DNA of 64,000 nt from Terriglobia bacterium (GTDB lineage: Bacteria > Acidobacteriota > Terriglobia > 2-12-FULL-54-10): the NCBI GenBank assembly GCA_963666975.2, contig CAXVYR010000003.1, forward strand, positions 1,088,001-1,152,000, in the 5' to 3' direction. Below, piece by piece: positions 49,921 to 59,139 of this stretch (positions within the stretch are counted from its first letter, which is position 1; the number at the start of each line of letters is the position of its first letter). A model generated the notes under the pieces. The model saw nothing but the letters and a program-made list of their open reading frames with translations. It searched no databases and had not been told where the DNA came from. The position numbers and the translations under genes are program-made.

Positions 49921-50406
49921 TCAACTTGGCTTCCCTCGTCCCCGGAACTGTTTGAGTGTCTCGCTGCCCGATTCCTGGATGGTCCGGTCGATTACCCTCG
50001 CTGGCATATCCGACATCTTCTTGATTTCCCGACCTAGTTCCGTCTCGGGTTCCCTGACCTTCTTGAGTCGGACCCGTTTTCGCTCTTGGGCCACCGCCTC
50101 GCGGATCATACCCACTCCCTCTGGCGTCGGATTTCCTGTGGCATCGCAGGGGGCCTTCATGAATGCTTCGTCCAGTGTAGGGTAAGCAACGCGAAACAGT
50201 GCGTCCTCTGTGGCCTCGCCCAAGCCTTCCAATTCAAGTTTGCCAGCCTCGGACAGGTGAAAGTGAATCATGAAATCACGGAGAGCGGTTAGGGGAAAGC
50301 CCTCCGCATTTGCGATTTCGTCCAGGGCTTCTATGGCAGCTCCTTTGTTGGTGGCCCAGACAACTGAGCAATCACCGTTCGGCCAGCGGCACATGTAAAG
50401 TGGCAT
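49921..50406 (-). CDS. Hypothetical protein
   Basis: 161-aa ORF after a GGAGG RBS. Confidence 0.6.
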   Translation of the reverse strand: MPLYMCRWPNGDCSVVWATNKGAAIEALDEIANAEGFPLTALRDFMIHFHLSEAGKLELEGLGEATEDALFRVAYPTLDEAFMKAPCDATGNPTPEGVGMIREAVAQERKRVRLKKVREPETELGREIKKMSDMPARVIDRTIQESGSETLKQFRGRGKPS

Positions 50407-50508
50407 AGATCAGCCTCCAAAGAGGGGTAAATCAGGATCCATGAGGACATCTGTGTGGACAGAGGGGAGGTGGACGACAGCGGCCACCCTGTAAATTGCT
50501 GAAAAAAC

Positions 50509-50553
50509 TGGCGGGGCCGACGAGACTCGAACTCGCGACCTCCTGCGTGACAG
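50509..50553 (-). other. 3' half of tRNA-Asp(GTC): att-site duplicate, not an intact tRNA
   Basis: CTGTCACGCAGGAGGTCGCGAGTTCGAGTCTCGTCGGCCCCGCCA contains anticodon loop, T-arm and CCA; the 5' half is absent. Confidence 0.85.
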
Positions 50554-51235
50554 TTCACAAGACGATATAGTAAGCGATGAGAAGGAATGAGAGCAAGTGG
50601 TAGAAGGCGAAGCCACTTGCTCACTCTTGTCTGCCTAGCGATTGATCTGTTTGCAGATCAAGAAGCATACGCTTGGATGCAGAGGTAGGGGAGACGCACG
50701 TTACATCCTGCGTTACACAAAAAGACGGGAGTCCCATTTGCCCCCCCGCCGGGACCCCCCCCTGGTCGAATCTGCGCCCACAATTCCAACTTGGGGATAT
50801 TTCTCCCAATCATCCCGTACTCCCGGCTCCGGTGCTTTTGCAGGTAAAATCATGCGATGCCAAAGACTCACAGCCTCAGCCCACGAAGCATTAGCCCGAT
50901 TGCGAGAGCAAGGACAGCTCCCACCTGGACCGCTCAAGGTAGATGCTGTCTTGTTGGTATTGGATAAGCTGGAGCGCCGGTCTCCCAGCCAATTGCTGTT
51001 GCGCCGGGAACTACGGCGGATCGAACGGGAAAGGTTTTGGGCAGGTCAGCCTCATTAAGAATTCGCGAGAAAGCTGACCCCTTGGCGAAGGTCAAGAACG
51101 AACCAGAAAGGAGGCCCCAGCAAATGGCCGTAGACAAGTTCCAAATCCACCCATTCTTTCGCTTGTTGCTCGTGTTACGGGTCTTAGCTCCGCTAGCCTT
51201 TTTCGGCATCGGAGTGTGGGCACTATATTCCCCCT

Positions 51236-52221
51236 CATTGCTGTCCGGTTAAAACTCGAACAGAATCAACTGGTTGGGATTTCTGACTAAATCGTCTTGG
51301 GAGCCCGATGCTTCCAGGGCCTGTAAAATGGGCACTTTCTCGAAAAGAGTAACACTGAGAATCTGTAAAATTTGGTAAAGGCTGGCTTCCAAAGCGAGAC
51401 GCTTCCGGACAATGGCCACGAGTACATAGATCGAAACGGCGATCCAGATTTGAGTCTTCACTGCGTTTTGGCTGGTGCCATAGAATGCCTTGATTCGCAG
51501 GTGCTGCTTGATCCATTTGAAGAACAGTTCCACCTGCCAGCGGCACTTGTAGATTTGAGCGATAGTGAGTGCGGGTAGCACGAAATTGTTGGTAAGAAAC
51601 TTCAGGCGCTTGTTTGTTTCTGCATCGAAGTACGTAACGCGCCGTAGCGGATCGGGGTATGCCCTGGCCGAGGCGTTCCCGGTCAGGATCACGGTATGAT
51701 CGGATCGCAAGCCGCTGGTTCTGTCTGCTGGATGAGAATAGCGGCGTTGGAGCAAGACGTTCTCTTTCGTCCGCACGACGAAAAATGCGGAGCAGAGTGT
51801 GAAGACAAAGAGTCGCTCGAAGTCGATGTAGCCGCGATCCATCACGTAGAACGCGCCCGCTTCCGGAACGATCTCGTCGAGGATGTTGACATCGTGCACG
51901 GCACCGGCCGTGACGCGGAGAAACGTGGGGATGTTGCCCTGCAGGTCCAGCAGCGTATGCAGTTTGACGGCAGCCTTGTGTTGGCGGAATCGTGCCCACG
52001 GAAACAGCGAGAGGCAGAGGTCGATGGTGGTGGAGTCCAGCGCGTACAGGCTCTGATCCAGATCGACGCCGATCGGATCGCGCGCATACAAAGGCCGTGC
52101 GATGCCGATCAACACCTGGGCGAAGTCCGCGTAGATGCGCCAGTCGTGCGACTCGTTGGCATCGGCCAGTGTCGAGCGCGCCACGTTGCCGCGCAATCCG
52201 ATGTGGTAGAGTTTGCTGGTC
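51236..52221 (-). mobile_element. IS4-family element, 5'-truncated (transposase 51249..52196)
   Basis: ALDSTTIDL, VMDRGY and YKCRWQVELFFKWIKQ (YREK) motifs; right IR TTAACCGGACAGCAATG. Confidence 0.85.
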
Positions 52222-52294
52222 TGTACGTCGTCAGATAATGTTGGACACAGAGCATAAAAAGATAAGGTGGCGTTCAGGCTCCTCTGGGTTGATG

Positions 52295-53278
52295 TTAGGC
52301 TGCCCTTCTTTTGAAGTGCAACCGTTTTCTTAAGATCATAGTTTTCTCTTTGATGCGATCCCGTTTTTGCAGGATGGCACTGCCTTGGCCTGTAAAAACG
52401 TCATACGGTGTCAGGTTGTTCAGGCTTTCATGGTATCGGTTGGTGTTGTAGTGGTTGACGAAGGCATCGATCTGCCGCTCCAGCTCTTCTGGCAGGTAAT
52501 AGTTGTTGAGCAGGATGCGGTCTTTCAGAGTTCGGTGCCAGCGTTCGATCTTGCCCTGCGTCATGGGGTGATAGGGCTTGCCGCGAGTATGCGGCACGCT
52601 GTTTTCTGCCAGCCATGATTGCAGTTCGGAAGAGACGTAGCACGGCCCGTTGTCGCTCAGGAGGCGAGGTCTGTGCCGGGCGCCCACGCGGTCGAGGCCG
52701 GTGGCTTGCAAAGCATCCCGCAACGTGGCCGAGACGTCACTTGCGCTCATGGTTTTGCACAGCCGCCAGGCGATGATATAGCGCGAGAAGTCGTCCAGCA
52801 CCGTGGACAGGTAGAACCAGCCCCAACCGATGACTTTCAGGTAGGTGAAGTCGGTCTGCCAGAGCTGGTTGACCGCCGTGGTCGGGTTGGCGAACCGTTC
52901 CGCCGCTTTCAGGACAATAAAGGCTGGCGCGGTAATCAGGTCATGGCTTTTCAGGACGCGGTAAACCGTCGATTCAGAAAGGTAATACCGCCTTTCCTCG
53001 GTAAAACGCACCGCCAGCTCGCGTGACGACAGATCGGGCTCGGCCAGGGCTAACGTCACCAACTGCTGAGTTATCTCCTCCGGCACCTTGTTCCAGACAG
53101 GGCCAGGATCGGGTTTTTTGTCTTCCAGCCCATCAAAGCCTTCCGACACATAGCGGTCGTACCAGTTGTAAAACGTCGATCTGGGAATGCCAACCTGCTG
53201 CAGCGTCCGGCGCACCCCCAGGGCAGATTGCTCCACCGTGCAGATGATCTCCAGCTTCTCCGAGGCAGGGTATCTCAT
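52295..53278 (-). CDS. Transposase OrfB (rve/DDE)
   Basis: WQTDFT, SDNG and QGKIERWH motifs. Confidence 0.88.
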   Translation of the reverse strand: MRYPASEKLEIICTVEQSALGVRRTLQQVGIPRSTFYNWYDRYVSEGFDGLEDKKPDPGPVWNKVPEEITQQLVTLALAEPDLSSRELAVRFTEERRYYLSESTVYRVLKSHDLITAPAFIVLKAAERFANPTTAVNQLWQTDFTYLKVIGWGWFYLSTVLDDFSRYIIAWRLCKTMSASDVSATLRDALQATGLDRVGARHRPRLLSDNGPCYVSSELQSWLAENSVPHTRGKPYHPMTQGKIERWHRTLKDRILLNNYYLPEELERQIDAFVNHYNTNRYHESLNNLTPYDVFTGQGSAILQKRDRIKEKTMILRKRLHFKRRAA

Positions 53279-53646
53279 GTATGTTCCTCCCCATCCCCGA
53301 TCACGCTTTTTTTTAGCAGGCGATTTTCCAGCATAGCCTCGGCCAGGGCCTCTTTCAGCTGTACGGCCTGCTCCCGCAGAGTCTTGACTTCGCCACTGGT
53401 TGCCTCACGGTCTATGTCGCCCGCCAGCCGCTTGCGGCCAGCCTCCAGAAACTCCTTGCTCCAGCGGTAATACTGGTTCTGGTGCAGCCCCTCGCGGCGG
53501 CACAGCTCCGCGATGCTGTCCTCGCCGCGAAGTCCCTGCAATACAATGCGGATTTTGTCTTCCGGGCTGAACCTGCGCCGCGTCCTGCGTTTGATCTCCC
53601 GGACGGCCTTCTCGACCGCCCCCCTGTCGTCTTGTTTTTGTCTCAT
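53275..53646 (-). CDS. Transposase OrfA (HTH)
   Basis: SIAELCRREG..YYRW motif; A-run slip site near the 3' end. Confidence 0.85.
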   Translation of the reverse strand: MRQKQDDRGAVEKAVREIKRRTRRRFSPEDKIRIVLQGLRGEDSIAELCRREGLHQNQYYRWSKEFLEAGRKRLAGDIDREATSGEVKTLREQAVQLKEALAEAMLENRLLKKSVIGDGEEHT

Positions 53647-53914
53647 CTTCGTTCCTTTCAGTCTCTACGATGAGCCAAAAACATCACCTTAACTATTACC
53701 CTCTACCTGTCCAACAAGCCCTGACGGGGCACAGTCCGTCCTAGCGGAAACAAGCTCTCCGAAAATGTTGATGGTCGCCGTACCCCTGACCCCCTGTATC
53801 AAAGGGTCCCAAACCATGCCTTGCTAACCCATTGAGGAATCAAAGGAGGCGTCTGCCGTTTCTGGCCGTATTAAACCATGTGTTTTGATACTGCCCAGCC
53901 AAAGCAATCATCAT

Positions 53915-53976
53915 CTTCTGCCCCTCACTGTATTGGAGACTCTCACTACGAGTGGTACAAAATATCGGTCTGGTCA
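53915..53976 (-). repeat. TGACCAGACCGA element end
   Basis: TGGTACAAAATATCGGTCTGGTCA (53953-53976) is identical to 8491-8514. Confidence 0.8.
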
Positions 53977-54464
53977 AAGTAGCTGATAACGGCGTCAGTT
54001 GGCTCCTGCCCCACTGGCTGCGCGTTCGAGTTGGCATCGACGAAATCCAGCTTGACCACCCAGCGCTGTCTCTCCCAGCTTTGCGCCTCCCTCTGCGGAC
54101 CGAACTCCCTGGCGACCCCGGCTCCCCCGTAAGAGGCGGGACGAATAAGGGTCTCCGATGAAGGCTTTCTGTCCCCGTTGTCCGTCAGCGCGGCCGTCAG
54201 CGAGAAAGTCACACCACGGCCAGTGAAGTAGATGCTCTTGTCGCCACCCTGGATGTAGTAGCCGACGCGGGGATCGAGCTGCCCCTGGTTCTCAATGAAA
54301 TAGAGCGGCAGTTTTCCGTAAGTCTCCTGGACCTGTTGCCGAATGGCTTCCGGGATTTCCGCCGTCGAAACTTGGCCGTCCGTAGTAATAGGTATCCGAA
54401 TTTGGATCAGCAGGAATGCAACGAAAAACAAGGAAAGGAGAAAGATGACTGCTTTTGTTCTCAT
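53977..54464 (-). pseudogene. N-terminal fragment of an SBBP-repeat cell-surface protein
   Basis: Signal peptide, YGKLPLYFIENQGQ.D.RV.Y and V.SYF; the frame runs into the repeat end and stops. Confidence 0.75.
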
Positions 54465-54816
54465 TGCGTCCTCCCGGAAGAGGAGAGCCGACAGTTGGGA
54501 TAGGGCATCTGGTTGACCCCCGCCAGATTGAATAGATCGGGGAAAGATTACACGAGGGGAGAGGGGAAAGCAATTGGGAACAGGGTTTCCGGGGCCTATA
54601 GCCGAGCGCCGAGTGCGGTCGATGCGGACAAGTCCCAGATTACTCCCCATAAGTCGCGTTCGGGGACATCTGCCTATTGTTCCCTCAAACTCCGTGAGCC
54701 GTTCCGGAGACCTTTTTGGGGTCAGTTGGATGGAACCCGATACCAATCGTTCCAGAACGAGGCATTGCCTGGTACACTTTGGGCTGTCAGAAATTCAAAA
54801 ACGGACATACTAGCTA

Positions 54817-55491
54817 ATGTTTAAGTTCTGGCATCCCCTTCGGATCACGGCGGCGTTGTTGTGCGCAGCGACCGCTCTTCCAGCCCAATCCGTGCGAGTT
54901 AACGACCTCGGCATCGGCAAATTGCTGGTGGCCCATCGTGATTTTCCCGACCCGAAGTTCGCCGAAACTGTGATTCTGCTAGTCCAGCACGACGAGCAGG
55001 GCGCAGTTGGCCTCGTGATTAATCGCAAGACGAAGGTGCCGATTTCACGGGCGCTCCGACAACTTAAGGGTGCTAATGACTGGTCAGAGCCGGTCTATGT
55101 GGGCGGTCCGGTGGAGATAGCGGGAGTGCTCGCGCTCCTCTGGTCACAAGCCGAGAAGGACGAAATGAAGTCCGTCCTCGGTGAGATTTACTTTGTCTCC
55201 AGCAAGCCGCATCTCGAAAAGATACTGGCTGAGGGACCGATGGCCGCAGAGTTGCATGTTTACCTGGGGTACAGCGGCTGGGGTGCCGGGCAATTAGAAA
55301 ACGAAGTGAAGCTGGGAGCGTGGTACATCTTTGATGGTAGTGCCGGTCTGGTCTTCGATTCCGACCCAGCCTCGCTGTGGTCCAGGCTCATAGCTCGGAC
55401 AGAACAGCGATTCGCCGGTGTTCAGACACCAGTTTGGACGGCTCTCATAGCGTCTCAGCGGGCGACGGCGCTTCAATTAAAGGGACGTTAA
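54817..55491 (+). CDS. YqgE/AlgH (DUF179) family protein with a signal peptide
   Basis: GKLLVA, DPKFAETVIL, GLVINR, YVGGPV and GYSGWGAGQLENE motifs. Confidence 0.88.
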   Translation: MFKFWHPLRITAALLCAATALPAQSVRVNDLGIGKLLVAHRDFPDPKFAETVILLVQHDEQGAVGLVINRKTKVPISRALRQLKGANDWSEPVYVGGPVEIAGVLALLWSQAEKDEMKSVLGEIYFVSSKPHLEKILAEGPMAAELHVYLGYSGWGAGQLENEVKLGAWYIFDGSAGLVFDSDPASLWSRLIARTEQRFAGVQTPVWTALIASQRATALQLKGR

Positions 55492-55828
55492 GCCCATACA
55501 ATGTTCACGACGTAAGCGTGCCAGTGTCTGGATAACGGGCGTCCCGGACAGGTCGAATCCATTGACACCCGAGAAGTCGCGTTGTGGGAAGTGTGGGCGA
55601 ACGGCACTCTCTGGGATAGATCGCGATAAACGGCGTTCTGTAGAGTGATCGGCTGCCACCAGAGAGTGCGGTCAGAAGAAAGATCAATAGATCATCACGC
55701 CACCCAAGCCTGCCGGAGCAGCCGCTTCGCCTATGTCGTTAATACGGGGCAGCCCATTCGCTCTGGGATTCTTTGGACACGACGCCCGCAAATATTTCAA
55801 GTCGGGAGACCTCGCTGTGACCGCTGTA

Positions 55829-58681
55829 TCAATTGGTCGAAAACCAGAATGTGGTCTTTACCGCAAAGAAGTTGTCGCTCGGCGCCGAGAACGATCTGAA
55901 CATCGTTCCCAGTCCCGCCCTCTCGCGGATCGCCTGTGACTCGAAACGGTTCTGTTGCCACACCAGGTACAGCGTGCTCCCGGGACGCCATTCCCAGCGC
56001 AGCACCAGGTTGCTGCGGTACGATTTCACTTGGAAATCGGGATTCTCCAGTGTGAAACTTGCGGCTCCGTCTGTTACCATCAGGCTGCCGTCGGCTAGCC
56101 GCTCCAGGGTCGTGCCGTTTTCCCCGTAAACTAGCAACTCGCGAGACTTCGGCGCCAACAGCTCGCCAAACCGGTCGTAGCTTCCGCTAGCCGCGAAGGG
56201 TTCCGCGTAGAAATCCAGGTTCAGGTCTGGCTTGAACGTGTAGTTCAGGCGCAGTTGCACGGAAACCGTAGACTGCCGGATTTCTCCGAACATGTATCTC
56301 TTCCCGTACACCTCCGGCCGCCCTCCGTCTTTCTGGGCCAAGTATTGCCGCGTGGATAACTCGCGCCTATAGGTGGGGCTCATCGAAAACTGCCAGGAAG
56401 GCGCCGGTCGAATTGAAATTTCAAATTCAAGTTCCCGCGCGGAATCGCCGTCCTCGCTGCCATCCACCGACCAGGACGTGCTCCAGCGGGTTCGCGATGT
56501 GTTGGAGTTGCGCGCCGTCCCATTCACCCCCCAGCGTCTCGGAAGCTCCATCAGCGGTCCGCCGCGTGTCATGGAGGGGTCCTGCGCGCGCAGGTTGAGA
56601 TTCCACCCCACCGAGGTATACCAAAAATTCCGCCACGTCGCGGATGCCAGCTGGCTGAAGTTGCGCTGCATTCCCACACCCCGGTCCCAATAGAGGCGTG
56701 GAGTGAAGCTGGTGTCGATCTGATAAGAGTGAAGATACCGACCCGGCCTCGTCTCACGGTAGGTCAGCCGGTTGGTCAGCCCGATGTCGCCCGCAGAATT
56801 CAGTCTCCCGAAATCGTTCGTTTCGAGCTCCGGTGTATCATTGTCCATGGAGGTTCTCCACAGCCAGTGTTCGCCAGCGACTTTTTCCAGACTCGCCTGT
56901 AGCTTTGAGCCCGCCAGGGTGCGCCGAGTTGGGTCAAGACGCATCCCGCCCGGGCGGTCCGGCCGCTGGAAGAAATGCGTGCTGCTGCGTTGCACTCGTT
57001 CGATCGCGCTGGGCTCCCCGGCCAGATAGCTGAAGGAAGCCAGCCCTCTGGCCTCATAGGCGTTGTTGCCAAAGCGCAGCAGAGTATCCACTGCACCCGT
57101 TAGCGCACGGCGAACCAGACGCGCCGATAGTGGATCCTCCGGCTTCAAGTCGCGCTCCAGCGCGGTAAACTGAAAACCGACCGTCGACTGGTTGCTGCCA
57201 AACTGCTGCTCCACCCGATTTACCGCATAAAATGTCCGTGGCGCAACCAAGGTGTCATTAAACGCGCCCGTTTCACGATCGAAACTCCGTGCATGTTCCG
57301 CCGCGGTTACCGCCACCAACGCTCCAATGGAAGTGCTCGACCCCAGCCGCCCGGTGATTTTCGCCGCGCCCAGTAACGTGCTCGTTGCTGGGTAGTCCAC
57401 GTAGTCGCCGTCCGCCGGACCTGTCGGCCGAGCCCCGATCCGCCTGGAGTAGTAGAAATTCGTAACCGGACCCCTCAGCAGTTCGCTGCCTTCTTGAAAG
57501 AACGGGCGCTTCTCGGAAAAAATCGTCTCAATGGTGCTCAGGTTGACCTCTGCTGGGTCTGCCTCCACCTGCCCAAAATCCGGGTTCACTGTTGCGTCCA
57601 GCGTCAGATTCGATCCCAGCGCCACCTTGGCATCCAGCCCGACGCGCCTGTCCAAGTTCCGCCCATCATCGAACGGATTCGCCGGGTCGCGCTGTCCTGT
57701 TACGCGCGAGAACCCCGCGATGTACGGCAGCAGTTCCAGCCGTCGCGGCGACCTGATTCCTTCCAATCCCTGCAGTTCTCCGAAACGAGAAGCCCACCCC
57801 CGCTCCGTACGTGGGATCATCACCCAGTAGTCATCCTCGTTGAGAGTCGGCGTCCGGCGCCGGATATTCAGCCCCCAGATCATATCGCTGCGATTGTTGA
57901 ACCGGAGTTGCGAGAACGGAACCCAGAACTCAGCTGTCCACCCCTCCTCGTCAATTCGGGTCCGCGCCACCCACACGGGATCGAAATTATTGTCTCCGTC
58001 CTCAACGTCAGAAGCATGATACTTATCTAACCTCACGCCGGAGGCCGTCACGCCGAAGCTGTAGGCCGTGCGGCGATCCCAAAATGTGTCCAGCGAAACG
58101 AGGATATACTCCGCCTCAACCTCATCGTCACGCCTGCTCATCGGTGCCTGTATCGTCCCCGGTCGGCTGCTGTACATTCGCGCGCCAACGTAGATGGCGG
58201 TTTCGTCATAGACGAAGCGGACCACCATCGGCTCAGTCGGCGCGGCTCCCTCCACAGGCTCCTTCTGGACGAAGTCGGTGATTGGCGCCGCCGCTTCCCA
58301 AACCGCCTCATCCAGTTGCCCGTCCAGGCGGATGGAGTCATTTGGAACTCGCGCCGCGTAGGCCCGCTTGGCATCGGTTCCGTTCCCGTCGGGCGCCTGG
58401 GCGGATGCCTGCGCAATGCTCAGCCACCCGATTAACAACCCGATTGGAAATAGCAGAGCCCGCACAGTGTGCCACCGCCTGGTTTGATCGCCGTCAAGTT
58501 GTTGGTGCTGCCCGGTCCGCTCCCACCGAGCAAAACGGCGCATCAGGACAGCGCCGGCTATCGCGTCTCTATCGTCTGGCTTCCCGGCTCCCATATTCTT
58601 AAAGAGATATAGTACCTCCTTTAGGAGTATGGTGAGCCGGCCGGGGGAACATGTACCAGCGGGAGTGAGACAGAATCCCAT
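55829..58681 (-). CDS. DUF5916 / CBM9-like domain outer-membrane protein (start probably downstream)
   Basis: LDGQLDEAVW, GWTAEF.VPFSQLRF, NPDFGQVEAD and EKRPFF motifs. Confidence 0.85.
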   Translation of the reverse strand: MGFCLTPAGTCSPGRLTILLKEVLYLFKNMGAGKPDDRDAIAGAVLMRRFARWERTGQHQQLDGDQTRRWHTVRALLFPIGLLIGWLSIAQASAQAPDGNGTDAKRAYAARVPNDSIRLDGQLDEAVWEAAAPITDFVQKEPVEGAAPTEPMVVRFVYDETAIYVGARMYSSRPGTIQAPMSRRDDEVEAEYILVSLDTFWDRRTAYSFGVTASGVRLDKYHASDVEDGDNNFDPVWVARTRIDEEGWTAEFWVPFSQLRFNNRSDMIWGLNIRRRTPTLNEDDYWVMIPRTERGWASRFGELQGLEGIRSPRRLELLPYIAGFSRVTGQRDPANPFDDGRNLDRRVGLDAKVALGSNLTLDATVNPDFGQVEADPAEVNLSTIETIFSEKRPFFQEGSELLRGPVTNFYYSRRIGARPTGPADGDYVDYPATSTLLGAAKITGRLGSSTSIGALVAVTAAEHARSFDRETGAFNDTLVAPRTFYAVNRVEQQFGSNQSTVGFQFTALERDLKPEDPLSARLVRRALTGAVDTLLRFGNNAYEARGLASFSYLAGEPSAIERVQRSSTHFFQRPDRPGGMRLDPTRRTLAGSKLQASLEKVAGEHWLWRTSMDNDTPELETNDFGRLNSAGDIGLTNRLTYRETRPGRYLHSYQIDTSFTPRLYWDRGVGMQRNFSQLASATWRNFWYTSVGWNLNLRAQDPSMTRGGPLMELPRRWGVNGTARNSNTSRTRWSTSWSVDGSEDGDSARELEFEISIRPAPSWQFSMSPTYRRELSTRQYLAQKDGGRPEVYGKRYMFGEIRQSTVSVQLRLNYTFKPDLNLDFYAEPFAASGSYDRFGELLAPKSRELLVYGENGTTLERLADGSLMVTDGAASFTLENPDFQVKSYRSNLVLRWEWRPGSTLYLVWQQNRFESQAIRERAGLGTMFRSFSAPSDNFFAVKTTFWFSTN

Positions 58682-59139
58682 GGACGAAGCACGGAGGGAG
58701 CCCCCGCGGGATTAGTAACGATCAACGGCGAAGTGTGGAGTAATCCTGCCCGACGGATAGGTAAACGCTAGGCGACTACACAGGATCTATTTCCCAGAAC
58801 GCCGTTTCTGGACAACGATGAGCCAAACCAAATCCGGGCGGGAATCAGTCAACATAAGGCGACAAGGGAAGAGGTTATGACAAGCTGCTGATGAGGCCAG
58901 GCTCGGGGCCTGCGGCTGGGGTAACTGCACCGGCACCCGCCGCTTCAGATCTTCAAATCAGTTATCCTAGTCCGCGCCCCAACGAAGCTATTGCACGGCG
59001 ATGGAGACGGTGTTGGAGGTCACGGATGGAAATCAATGGTGCTATACTTTCAACCGCCGGAAGGTTAAAAAAACTAATTCCGGTGTAATGAGAGACAGAA
59101 GCCCGGTAAAGTAAACGCCAGATATCTTGGGAGGGCGGT

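Larger units (their letters stand above)
52222..53733 (-). mobile_element. IS3/IS481-like element with two ORFs
   Basis: IRs TGTACGTCGTCAGATAATGTTGGACA / TGTGCCCCGTCAGGGCTTGTTGGACA. Confidence 0.88.

Noticed and set aside
50509-50590. Intact tRNA-Asp gene
   Set aside because: D-arm and 5' acceptor strand are missing; only the 3' half is present
52219-53736. 3-bp GTC target duplication around the IS3/IS481-like element
   Set aside because: The right flank does not continue the interrupted IS4 transposase, so the match may be chance
58880-59085. Possible further IS1380-like end (AAACTAATTCCGG) upstream of the amidohydrolase; similar weak case near 925-942
   Set aside because: Similarity is limited to a few terminal bases; cannot be supported by eye
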